A DNA stretch of 64,000 nucleotides from Rhodothermales bacterium (GTDB lineage: Bacteria; Bacteroidota; Rhodothermia; Rhodothermales; BA12), in NCBI GenBank assembly GCA_014879465.1, contig JACSSA010000109.1, positions 3,891 through 67,890 on the forward strand. The letters are read 5' to 3'. The notes beneath the pieces were generated by a model. The model saw nothing but the letters and a program-made list of their open reading frames with translations. It did not search any database and was not told where the DNA came from. A program made the translations under genes and the position numbers. Positions 18,017 through 26,756 of the stretch are shown in pieces (position 1 is the stretch's first letter; every line of letters begins with the position of its first letter).

Positions 18017-18850
18017 TCAGTAGCTTTCGTCGTCGGAGGGGAAATCGCGGGCGCGCACGTCTTCGACGTACTGCTTGACGGCGGCGTCGATCGTCTCGCC
18101 GAGCTGGGCGTAGCGGCGCACAAAGCGGGGGTTGAAATCCACCGTGAGGCCGAGCGCATCGTGGGTAACCAGCACCTGCCCGTCGCAGCCGTTGCCCGCA
18201 CCGATGCCGATAGTCGGAACGACGAGGCTCTGCGACACCTCCGCGCCGAGCGTCGCGGGGATTTTTTCGAGGACGAGCGCGAAGACGCCTGCGTCTTGCA
18301 GCGCGAGGGCGTCGCGCCGCAGCACGTTGGCTTCGTCGTCGTCTTGGGCGCGCACTTTGTAGGTGCCGAACTTGTAGATCGACTGCGGCGTCAAGCCAAG
18401 GTGGCCCATCACCGGGATGCCCGCATCTACGATCCGGCGAACCGTCTCCAGCATGGCTGCGCCGCCTTCGAGTTTCACCGCGTGGCCGCCCGTCTCTTTC
18501 ATGATTCGCACCGCCGCCTCCAAGGCCAGCCGCGGGCTGACCTGGTAGGAGCCAAACGGAAGGTCCACCACCACGAGCGCACGCTTGGCCCCGCGCACCA
18601 CCGCCTGCGCGTGCACGATCATCTGGTCGAGCGTGATCGGCAGCGTCGTTTCGTGGCCCGCCATCACGTTCGAGGCCGAATCGCCCACGAGCAGCACGTC
18701 GGCTCCGGCGCGGTCAAGCAGGCGTGCCAGCGTGTAGTCGTAGGCCGTGAGCATCGCAATCGGCTGCCCGGCGGCCTTCATTTCCTGGAGCGTCTGCGTA
18801 GTGACCCGCTTGATGTTGACCGGCTGTATGGGGACGGTTTCGGTGGACAT
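18017..18850 (-). CDS. panB: 3-methyl-2-oxobutanoate hydroxymethyltransferase
   Basis: [45 protein letters not shown] and LEKIP motifs. Confidence 0.9.
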   Translation of the reverse strand: MSTETVPIQPVNIKRVTTQTLQEMKAAGQPIAMLTAYDYTLARLLDRAGADVLLVGDSASNVMAGHETTLPITLDQMIVHAQAVVRGAKRALVVVDLPFGSYQVSPRLALEAAVRIMKETGGHAVKLEGGAAMLETVRRIVDAGIPVMGHLGLTPQSIYKFGTYKVRAQDDDEANVLRRDALALQDAGVFALVLEKIPATLGAEVSQSLVVPTIGIGAGNGCDGQVLVTHDALGLTVDFNPRFVRRYAQLGETIDAAVKQYVEDVRARDFPSDDESY

Positions 18851-18933
18851 GGCGCGCTTCGCGGCGGCTGGCTACTGGCCGCGGGCTTTTGAGAGATGCA
18901 GCTACCAGCAGCCAGACGCTGGCAGCGAGGTGC

Positions 18934-19794
18934 TCAGTTGGCGAACAGCCCAAGGAGCCGGGTCAGCGTGCCGCGCAGCTCGCGGCGGTCTACGATCAGG
19001 TCGACAAAGCCCTTTTCGAGCAAGAACTCGGCGCGCTGGAATCCCTCGGGCAAGTCGGCCCCGATGGTTTCCCGGATCACGCGCGGCCCGGCAAAGCCAA
19101 TGAGCGCGTTCGGCTCGGCGAGGTTGAGGTCGCCGAGCATCGCGAAGCTCGCCGTCACGCCGCCGGTGGTCGGGTTGGTCATCAGGCTGAAAAACGGCTG
19201 CCCGGCTTCGCGCAGCTTGGCGAGGTGGGCGCTCGTCTTGGCCATCTGCATCAGCGAGAGGGCTCCCTCCATCATCCGTGCCCCGCCCGACTGCGAGATC
19301 ACCAGAACGGGCATACGTTCCTCGTAGCCGCGCCGGATGGCCCGCGCAATGGTCTCGCCGACGACGCTTCCCATCGATCCGCCCACAAACCGGAAATCCA
19401 TCGCCGCCGCCGACAGCGGATGGCCGCCGACGGTCCCAGAGGCCGCCTGAATGGCGTCGTTCAGCCCGGTTTTCTTCTGGGTTGCACGGAGCCGTTCGGG
19501 GTAGGGCTTGGTGTCGACGAAGCCGAGCGGGTCGGTGGGGCGAAGGCCTGCGTCGTGGAACGTGAAGGCCCGCTCGCCGTCGTCGGTGCGGTCAAAGATC
19601 AGGTCGAAGTACCCCTCGGCAGAGAGCGCGTAGTGGTGGCCAGACTTGGGGCTGACCCACGCGTTTTCTTCGAGGACGTGGCGGTTGAGGATGTCGCCCG
19701 TCTCTGGATCCTTGATCCACTGCCCGTCAGGGATCTCGTTTTGTTCGGCGGCATCCGTTTGGATGCCGGCTTCCTTGCGCTTAAACCACGCCAT
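18934..19794 (-). CDS. accD: Acetyl-CoA carboxylase carboxyltransferase beta subunit
   Basis: MAWFKRK start and the carboxyltransferase core FRFVGGSMGSVVGE...SGGARMMEG. Confidence 0.85.
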   Translation of the reverse strand: MAWFKRKEAGIQTDAAEQNEIPDGQWIKDPETGDILNRHVLEENAWVSPKSGHHYALSAEGYFDLIFDRTDDGERAFTFHDAGLRPTDPLGFVDTKPYPERLRATQKKTGLNDAIQAASGTVGGHPLSAAAMDFRFVGGSMGSVVGETIARAIRRGYEERMPVLVISQSGGARMMEGALSLMQMAKTSAHLAKLREAGQPFFSLMTNPTTGGVTASFAMLGDLNLAEPNALIGFAGPRVIRETIGADLPEGFQRAEFLLEKGFVDLIVDRRELRGTLTRLLGLFAN

Positions 19795-19907
19795 AACCAT
19801 CGGGAAAGACCCGTAAGGTACGGCACGATTGCGGAACCGCCTCGGTACGGTCGCAGGACTTCGCCAAACCTCGTACAACCTCCCCTCGGTCGATCTAAAA
19901 TCGCACG

Positions 19908-20183
19908 ATGATCAGCAAGACCTCAGGCGACGCTCACGCCGTCGCGGAGTGGCAGTCGATAGTTTGGCCTCGGGTTCAACGCCCTCGTCTCTCCTCCGCT
20001 ATGTCTGCTCGCCCGCTCGTTCCCACCTCGTTCCTCAACCGGCTGGCATGGGCCGTTCTTCTCGTCGGTTTGCTGCTGCTCGGGTTCATGATCGTGGTGG
20101 AAGGCGAACCCGGCGCGCTGCCGCTCGCGCTCGTCCTGCTGGGGTTGGGCGGCGTGTTCTGGGCGCGCCGCCGCACCGCCTGA
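19908..20183 (+). CDS. Small membrane protein (start may be 20001)
   Basis: Two hydrophobic helices, AWAVLLVGLLLLGFMIV and LPLALVLLGLGGVFW. Confidence 0.35.
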   Translation: MISKTSGDAHAVAEWQSIVWPRVQRPRLSSAMSARPLVPTSFLNRLAWAVLLVGLLLLGFMIVVEGEPGALPLALVLLGLGGVFWARRRTA

Positions 20184-20214
20184 CCGACTTCATCCTCTTT
20201 CCCGATTTTCGACC

Positions 20215-20802
20215 ATGATCTCGACGCTTTCGTCCTCCACCCGCTGGCGCATCGCTCGGTGGAGCCTTGCCGGTGCGTTGCTGCTGCTGCCGCTCGTGGC
20301 GATGCAGTTCACCCACGAGGTGAACTGGACCGGCTCCGACTTCCTCCTGTTCGGTATGATGCTGGTGGTGGCCGGCCTGGCCTACGAAGTGGTGGCCCAC
20401 GCGGCAGGCAGCCTGCCGTATCGGTTGGGCACGTTCGCGGCCGTCGGTACGGGCTTTCTGCTCGTCTGGGTGAACCTTGCCGTGGGGATTCTTGGCGACG
20501 GGGACAATCCGGCCAACCTTGTGTTTGTGGCCGTGTTGATCGTTGCCGTGCTCGGCGCGGTGCTGGCGCGGCGGAAACCGGCGGGGATGGCGACGGCGAT
20601 GGCGGCTACCGCAGGGGCGCAGGTGCTGGCGGGGGCGCTGGCTATGGCGGGCGGCTGGGGCACGACCTACGAGATCGCGCTGGGCACGGTGCTCTTCGCG
20701 ACGCTTTGGCTCGTGTCGGCGGGTCTGTTTGCGAAGGCGGCGAGCGCTCCGATTGCCAAACAAGGCGTCGCTTCCTCGGCCCGCCCGCCCGCCGACCGTT
20801 GA
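20215..20802 (+). CDS. Multi-pass membrane protein
   Basis: 195 aa with about 5-6 hydrophobic helices. No family recognised. Confidence 0.55.
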   Translation: MISTLSSSTRWRIARWSLAGALLLLPLVAMQFTHEVNWTGSDFLLFGMMLVVAGLAYEVVAHAAGSLPYRLGTFAAVGTGFLLVWVNLAVGILGDGDNPANLVFVAVLIVAVLGAVLARRKPAGMATAMAATAGAQVLAGALAMAGGWGTTYEIALGTVLFATLWLVSAGLFAKAASAPIAKQGVASSARPPADR

Positions 20803-20835
20803 ACGCCAGCAGACGGACGGGCGTTGGGTAGGGAC

Positions 20836-21267
20836 TCAGTTGCCGAACACGACCAGCCCGAAGCCGCACGGCTCCACCGAGCAGGCGTACATCCGGACGC
20901 GCACGCGGTACGAGCCGGTACGCCTGGCCGTGACGGCCACGACCGGCTCGTCGTCGGTGCCTTCGTCTTGATCGACGAGGTTGCCCCGGCTGTCGTAAAG
21001 CATCAGGTCGAGGTCCGAGCAGTCCTCGTCGCATACGCCGCCGATGGCGTAGCGGCTACCGGCGGTGAGACGGATCGTGTAGGTGCGCATCTGGCCCTCG
21101 CGAAGGCTGCCGGTGGTACGCAAGTGACTCTGGCCGTAGCCTTCGTTGCGCATCTGGCCGACGATCTGGTTCAGACGCTGGTTGACGTAGCTCTGGGCGA
21201 GCGCGTCCGGGGCGGTGGCGGCGAGGGCGATCGTGCCGAGGCCGAGCACAAGAGCAATGCGGGTCAT
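20836..21267 (-). CDS. Secreted PPC (pre-peptidase C-terminal)-like domain protein, paralog 1
   Basis: Signal peptide MTRIALVLGLGTIALA, then GSRYAIGGVCDEDCSDLDLMLYDSRGN...TGSYRVRVRMYAC. It is a paralog of the adjacent gene. Confidence 0.6.
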   Translation of the reverse strand: MTRIALVLGLGTIALAATAPDALAQSYVNQRLNQIVGQMRNEGYGQSHLRTTGSLREGQMRTYTIRLTAGSRYAIGGVCDEDCSDLDLMLYDSRGNLVDQDEGTDDEPVVAVTARRTGSYRVRVRMYACSVEPCGFGLVVFGN

Positions 21268-21293
21268 GGCGGTACGGGTTGGGGTGGAACGGG

Positions 21294-21719
21294 TCAGTTG
21301 CGGAACACGGCGAGGCCGAAGGCGCACGGGTTGGTGGAGCAGGCGTGCATCTTCACGGTCACGCGGAAGCGGCCCGTCCAGCGGGGCACGACGGTCACGA
21401 TGGGCACGTCGTCGTTCTCGGTGTCGTCGTCGAGCAGGTTGCCGCTGTCGTCGTAGAGCGCGAGGTCGAGGTCGGAGCAGTCGCGGTCGCACACGCCGGA
21501 GAGCAGGTAGCGACCGCCTTGCTGCAAATCCACGGTGAAGGTGGTTTGCTGGCCTTGGCGAAGCGTTCCGGTAAGGCGGCTGTGGCTCTCGCGGTAGCCG
21601 TTTTTGGCCAGCCGTCCCACGATGGCGTCGAACTGTCGGCCCACTACGCTCGACGCTTGCGCTTCCGCGACCGAGGCGAAACCGAAGAGGGAGAGCGCGA
21701 CGGCTACCAGCAAACGCAT
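21294..21719 (-). CDS. Secreted PPC-like domain protein, paralog 2
   Basis: Signal peptide, then GGRYLLSGVCDRDCSDLDLALYDDSGN...TGRFRVTVKMHAC. Confidence 0.6.
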   Translation of the reverse strand: MRLLVAVALSLFGFASVAEAQASSVVGRQFDAIVGRLAKNGYRESHSRLTGTLRQGQQTTFTVDLQQGGRYLLSGVCDRDCSDLDLALYDDSGNLLDDDTENDDVPIVTVVPRWTGRFRVTVKMHACSTNPCAFGLAVFRN

Positions 21720-21804
21720 CCGGTGGGAGGACTAAAGAGCACGCAACCAGTTTATTCTCTCACCGCCGCGCGCGGCATCCCCCGTTTGGGGGATTTTGCC
21801 CGGG

Positions 21805-22541
21805 TCAGCGCCCGTGGTCGTCGCTCCACGCCTCCAACATGTGCATTCTCGCACGATGCCGCGTGGCGGCTTCTTCGCTGGAGCCGATGGGAGCGCCGGG
21901 CGGCGTGGCCAGCGGCGCGGGGCTGCCGGACGGCGGCGGGAGCGGTCGGCTGAGCACCTGTTCGACGCGGTCGGCGACGTAGCGCCCCCACGCGTGATCG
22001 ACGCTGTTGAGGGCGGGAGCAAGCGAGGAGAGGCGTTGGGCGCGCCGGAGCACCGCGCGCAGCGCCTCGCGGGTTTGGGCGCGCACGAGCGGGGCGGCAT
22101 TCGGGTGGACTTCGAGCGTGAGCAGCGCGTCGAGATGCGCCGTTTGGACGGCACGGACGAGGTGGCGGTCGGCATCGGTTGTCGGGCGCGGATCGATCCA
22201 TACGGTGCGGATCGTGGCGTCGAGGACGGTGCCGAACGTCGGCAGGCTCTCGTCCGAAAACGTAGCACGTTGGAAGGCCAGACGGGCGGCGCGGTCGGGA
22301 CGCAGCAGCTCGTCGAACACCATGGCGGCGGCCACCTCGGCAGGGGCGAACGGATCGAACGCTATGCCGGTGCGGCCGGCGAAGTCTTCGCGTCCTTCTT
22401 CGTAGCCCGGTGGGCGCGGCGCGAGAGCGCGGATCTCGGGCGACACGCGCAGCGCGTCGGGGGTGAGGGTGGAAAGCAGCAGCCGCAGCGCCGCGTGCTG
22501 GTCGGCAGCGGGCACGGCGTGGGCGTAGCCGTCGCTGCCGT
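21805..22541 (-). pseudogene. Zinc-dependent metalloprotease, C-terminal fragment (gene split by the prophage)
   Basis: The frame is open from the phage junction (..GSDGYAHAVPAADQHAALRLLL...) to the stop at 21805. It joins in frame with 53406-55185. Confidence 0.8.
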
Positions 22542-22567
22542 TGAACCGAACCGCGAAAAATCGGCGG

Positions 22568-22582
22568 CTGAACTGAAAGAAA
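22568..22582. repeat. Left subterminal inverted repeat CTGAACTGAAAGAAA
   Basis: Perfect reverse complement of 53365-53379. It starts 26 nt from the proposed left terminus (22542). Confidence 0.9.
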
Positions 22583-22588
22583 CGACTC

Positions 22589-24679
22589 TTAGACGTACGG
22601 CCCCCAACCGAGGTCTTCCATGGGCGGGAGACGGAAAGCAGGAGGCCGGTTGACCGACGCTGCGCCGAGGTCGGTGCGGATGATCGTCACCGCCTCCTCG
22701 CTCACGCGCGCCAGTCGCCCGGCAACACGCACGGTGCCGCGGGCGGCCTCGACATCAACGTGCAGGGGAAGGATGCGACCTCCCGCTTCTTGGTCTGCAA
22801 GGCGAGCCAGCACATCGGCCACGTCTGCAATCTGGAGCGAGGCGGGACGAATCAGCGCGGTGTATTCCTCTTGCCCCCGACCGCCACGCAGCAGTAGCAG
22901 CGCCTCGCGTCCCGCCAGCAGGTGGAGCGGCTCGCCTGCATCGGGCGCGGGCACCTCGTCGTGCATCCAGTAGCGAACGGCAGCGCCGCCTTCTGCCAGC
23001 AACGCACCCGGATACCCCTGCAGTGGCCCGCTGCCAAGACTCACTTCCAAGCCAGCCGACTGCTCGGACTCCAGCAGTCGAAGGGGTGCGGCACCTTCGC
23101 GGGCAACCTCGTAGCGTTCGCTGTCGGCGTCCAGCCGCCCCGGCTCGCCCGCTCGCAAGCGCAGTTGGGCCATAAGCGCCGTGCCTCCCAAATACCATTC
23201 ATTGCGCAGCGCGTCGTAGATGCAAACCCATACGATGGCCGCCGACGGCAGCGCATTCGTGAGTAGATCAACCCGCGTCCACGTGTCGGCGGGAAAGGTC
23301 TCGGTTTCCACGTGGGACTCTTCGGTCGTCCACTCCAGCGTCGGATCTTCGGCGTTGGACGAACGTCGCGCATAAAGCGTCGGCAGCCCGTCTCGAATCG
23401 CCAAGATGCGTACACAGTAGGCGTGCGGCGTTTGGAGGGCGTAGCCGAAGAACCCCAGCGCCACAGCGTAGCCCTCGGGCAGCGATGCCGCCGGGGAGGT
23501 TGCACGTTGCGGCGGCAAGCCACCCTCTTCGCCGCGAAGTGCCACAGGGATGCGTAGCGCCTCAGCACCAAGAGTCTGGCCACCCTCGGCTGCTCCCGGA
23601 ATCATCGCGGTGGTCCGGGATGCTGCGGAATCTACCGCCCACTCTGCCGACGAGGTCGAAGAAACCACGCCGGTCTCGGACTTCCCGTGCCGGAAGGTGA
23701 GCGCCAGCCGGTCAGGCAAATCCGGCACGCGCACCTGCCCACCTTTGAGCCGCCGAGACGTCACGTTGAGGCTGGCACGCTCCAGCACCACGGCTTCCGC
23801 GGTGCCCTCTACACCGGCGGGGTATGCCCATCCTTCAATGGACGCGGTGTCCTCCACGAGCAGGCGGCGCTCCACGAGCAGCCACACGCCGAATCGCTGA
23901 ACCAGACAGGCGCCAAATGCGGTGGCGATATGCGCCAGCACGTCGGCAGCAGAGGACGACTCGGCACGCGGCAAGGCGTCGGCCTCGTCGACCACTCGCA
24001 CCCAACGCGACGGCGGCGCTTGCACCTGCGCCAACGGGTCGGCGGTGGCGGCCATCCCGCGTGCCCACGTCCGAACGCACGCAACAAGCGGAAGGCCAGT
24101 CGATGCGAGTGCCCGGCGCAGCCACCAGATCAGCGTTTGCGTGCCGTCGGCCAGCATGTCTTCGGCTTGGAGCAGCGTTTCCACGAGCGGCACGGTGGCC
24201 AGCGGCCCCAGTCCGCATGCAGCCGCAACCTCCACCGACGAGGCCCAGCGGTTGAGCGAGCGCGAGCGGGGAGATTCAAGAACTGGGCCTTCCACCAACA
24301 CCCGCTCTGGCGCAGCTCCTTCGTACAGCCGCACACGCACGCGATAGGCTTGGGGGGCGGCCAGCAGCGCCTCGGCCACGTGCAGCGAGCGCGGCGCCAC
24401 GTGTATCGACGCCACGGTGGCCAGCAGCGGTTCGATCGGAGAAATGCGCGGCGTTCCGCGCTGCACGGACACGCCTTCCTTCGCCACGTAGAAGCGCTCG
24501 ATCTCGCCTTCGTACCCCTCCTTGAGCACATCTACCACGACGCCAAGCCCTTCGCGCTGCACCACATAAGAGCGGTAGCGGACGTTGCCCCACGACGGAG
24601 CGACGTTGCCCATCGTGGCGGCTTCGCCGCTCGATGCGAAGTACGTAGATACCGAGGCGGGATCGAGGTGCTGATCCAT
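22589..24679 (-). CDS. Phage tail protein (distal tail/host-specificity candidate)
   Basis: ATG at 24679 overlaps the upstream stop (ATGA). 696 aa, the last gene of the tail operon. The track ORF extension to 25162 lies in a junk frame. Confidence 0.55.
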   Translation of the reverse strand: MDQHLDPASVSTYFASSGEAATMGNVAPSWGNVRYRSYVVQREGLGVVVDVLKEGYEGEIERFYVAKEGVSVQRGTPRISPIEPLLATVASIHVAPRSLHVAEALLAAPQAYRVRVRLYEGAAPERVLVEGPVLESPRSRSLNRWASSVEVAAACGLGPLATVPLVETLLQAEDMLADGTQTLIWWLRRALASTGLPLVACVRTWARGMAATADPLAQVQAPPSRWVRVVDEADALPRAESSSAADVLAHIATAFGACLVQRFGVWLLVERRLLVEDTASIEGWAYPAGVEGTAEAVVLERASLNVTSRRLKGGQVRVPDLPDRLALTFRHGKSETGVVSSTSSAEWAVDSAASRTTAMIPGAAEGGQTLGAEALRIPVALRGEEGGLPPQRATSPAASLPEGYAVALGFFGYALQTPHAYCVRILAIRDGLPTLYARRSSNAEDPTLEWTTEESHVETETFPADTWTRVDLLTNALPSAAIVWVCIYDALRNEWYLGGTALMAQLRLRAGEPGRLDADSERYEVAREGAAPLRLLESEQSAGLEVSLGSGPLQGYPGALLAEGGAAVRYWMHDEVPAPDAGEPLHLLAGREALLLLRGGRGQEEYTALIRPASLQIADVADVLARLADQEAGGRILPLHVDVEAARGTVRVAGRLARVSEEAVTIIRTDLGAASVNRPPAFRLPPMEDLGWGPYV

Positions 24680-26280
24680 CAGGGTAAGATGAGCGGGTGT
24701 AAATGATTTTCGGCCAGCGCGGCTGACGCGCCCATGGCGGGCACGAGCGTCGCGGACTCTTCGGACTCGCCACCTGCACCCACGGCCACAGCGCGGATGC
24801 GGGCGGGCAGATGCAGCGGCCACTCGATCTCGCCGCCATTCACCCACGCGGGCGGTTCGGCTCCGGCTTGCGCCGTCACCACGTACTCGGTCGCTCCTTC
24901 GGCCTGCGCATCCACGAGCAGACCGTAGATCGTGCGCTGCACCTCCAGCGCAGGCACGGGCGGGACATAACCCACGCCCCCGTCCACAATGGCTACGGAG
25001 AGCGGGTGGGACTCGGTGTAACCGCCGCCCGGCACGATGGTCCTCACCTCGATCTGCTGCGGCCCCGCGCCCAGATAGATGGGCCACGTTGTGCCCACGA
25101 GCGCCGCCACCTCTTGCCCAGCAACGCGCAGCGACGCTCCTTGCCCGCCAAGCCTCACCCACGATGCCACAAACTTACCCGGCGAGGGCGTCTCTTCCAC
25201 TGTGAGCACGGGCGCGAGCGCGCCGCCAGCAGAAGCCAGTGGCGGCACGGCCAGTGTAAATGGCCGAACGTCGCGCATCGTGGCGTTCGAGAGGCTCACA
25301 TCAAACGGGCGGTTTTCCACGTCCTCGATGCGTAGCGAAACGGTTGTCGCCTCGGCGCGGCTCTCGTAGGCCAGCGACACCCGCACCGCCTGTCCGGGCG
25401 GCACCTCCTGAGCATCACCACGGTTCGAGCAGATCAGCACGGGGTACGCGCCGTGGTTCACAGCGTCCGCCTCGATCACCGCCGAGATGCCCGCGCCCTG
25501 AGCATTGGGCGGCAACGTGTAGGTGGAGTAGGCGCACAGGCCGGATCGTGCCGTGCCCGCGTATCTACGCCCACCCGCGATCGTGGCTGTGGACGTGCCC
25601 GGCGCGGTCGAGTAGTTGGCCGCCGACCCGAGCACCAGCGCGTGCTCGGCCGGGTCGGCGGCGGCGGTAAACGACGGCACGAACGTGCGTGTCACGCCGA
25701 AGCCCTCTTGCATCGTCCACCGCGCCGCGCCCGCCACCGGCACTTCCCCGGCCAGCATTCGAATGAGCGCGGCCTGTGGGTTGGTGGCGGCCTCGGGGTA
25801 GCGGGTGAGAATAGCGGCGCGTGCGGCCACGCCAAACGACTGGGCCAAAACGGAGAGGTCGTGCGTCTCGGTGCAGCACCACACGCCCGTGGAGTACCCC
25901 GTGTAGCGATTGCCCGCCGCCGCTGTGCCGACCGTCGTTGCCACAACGGGCCACACCAGATCGGGGGCGCTGAACACTTCGTCGTAGCCGTTTCCAACAG
26001 CGCCAATAAGCACCGCTCCCGCAGCATCGGCAGCGGCGGCAAGACCTTGCAGATTCACAACGTCGAACCCTCCAAAGAGGATTTTGCATCCGTCAGCGAG
26101 GGCTGCCGCTACCGCCGTCCCTGTTCGGCTCTGCGAACGGTCGTAAATCTGCACCGTCCACCCTTCTCCGGGAGCGGACGCAAGGAAATACTGCTCCATG
26201 TCCCAAGCGTGCCCGGCGAGAGTGCCCGTGGCAGCGGCGTTGTAGGTGGCTGGGTCGTCCAGAAGGGCGGCGATGGGCAT
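24679..26280 (-). CDS. Phage tail protein
   Basis: 533 aa, translationally coupled on both sides and positioned between the fibre and the distal tail gene. Confidence 0.55.
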   Translation of the reverse strand: MPIAALLDDPATYNAAATGTLAGHAWDMEQYFLASAPGEGWTVQIYDRSQSRTGTAVAAALADGCKILFGGFDVVNLQGLAAAADAAGAVLIGAVGNGYDEVFSAPDLVWPVVATTVGTAAAGNRYTGYSTGVWCCTETHDLSVLAQSFGVAARAAILTRYPEAATNPQAALIRMLAGEVPVAGAARWTMQEGFGVTRTFVPSFTAAADPAEHALVLGSAANYSTAPGTSTATIAGGRRYAGTARSGLCAYSTYTLPPNAQGAGISAVIEADAVNHGAYPVLICSNRGDAQEVPPGQAVRVSLAYESRAEATTVSLRIEDVENRPFDVSLSNATMRDVRPFTLAVPPLASAGGALAPVLTVEETPSPGKFVASWVRLGGQGASLRVAGQEVAALVGTTWPIYLGAGPQQIEVRTIVPGGGYTESHPLSVAIVDGGVGYVPPVPALEVQRTIYGLLVDAQAEGATEYVVTAQAGAEPPAWVNGGEIEWPLHLPARIRAVAVGAGGESEESATLVPAMGASAALAENHLHPLILP

Positions 26281-26744
26281 TACGAAAGCAGAAGGATATC
26301 CAGTTGATGCTTGATGCCGTAGGCAGTCGCGTCGCCCTCAAAGGTCACGGTGATCCCTGTGACGAGGCCAGAACTGTAGGAATAGTCCAACCGAGCACGA
26401 CGCCACGACCCGGCCACCCGCACCCATGCGAGAAGTTTGTCGGGTACGGGGGTGTTGAAAACGACCGAGAAATAACGATCCGCGTTGAATATGCCTGTGG
26501 CGTTGGTTGCGTTCACGCCAATCTCGTCCACAGGGACGCTGCGAGTGTAGGACGACCCAACCTGATCCCACACAATGCGAGATCGCTTGAAGCCCACGCC
26601 CGACACGCTCACCGGCTCGCCCGATGCGTTGCCGATCTGGTGGACGATGGAGCCGTCTGTCTTTTGGACGAACCGCTCGTGGCCCGCAGCGAGCGGTTCG
26701 GCGATTTGCGATTCGGGGCGGAGCGTGCGCTGGGTGCCAGCCAT
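26280..26744 (-). CDS. Phage tail-associated hypothetical protein
   Basis: 154-aa beta-rich sequence in the tail operon. Confidence 0.5.
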   Translation of the reverse strand: MAGTQRTLRPESQIAEPLAAGHERFVQKTDGSIVHQIGNASGEPVSVSGVGFKRSRIVWDQVGSSYTRSVPVDEIGVNATNATGIFNADRYFSVVFNTPVPDKLLAWVRVAGSWRRARLDYSYSSGLVTGITVTFEGDATAYGIKHQLDILLLS

Positions 26745-26756
26745 TGAAGTAGGGGC

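Noticed and set aside
21777-21799. Hairpin atccccc-gttt-gggggat followed by TTT, considered as terminator of the metalloprotease gene.
   Set aside because: The T-run follows the stem on the plus strand only, whereas the flanking genes are on the minus strand. The orientation is wrong for that role.
22537-22541. A canonical Mu-type 5-bp target-site duplication flanking TG/CA ends.
   Set aside because: GCCGT (left) and CGTCG (right) do not match. Only CGT is exactly duplicated. The 5-bp alternative CGTTG/CGTCG needs one mismatch and asymmetric termini. It is kept as an alternative, not asserted.
22589-25162. Track ORF of 857 aa, which would extend the distal tail gene by 161 codons at its N-terminus.
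   Set aside because: The extension is Arg/Gly-rich junk that fully overlaps the end of the upstream gene. The ATG at 24679 forms an ATGA stop-start overlap and begins plausible protein (MDQHLDPASV...).
24679-26280. Possible subtilisin-like (S8) peptidase domain in the 533-aa tail protein.
   Set aside because: There is only vague resemblance around GYSTG...SFGVAARAAILTRYPEA. No convincing D/H/S triad motifs (HGTHV, GTSMA) are present.
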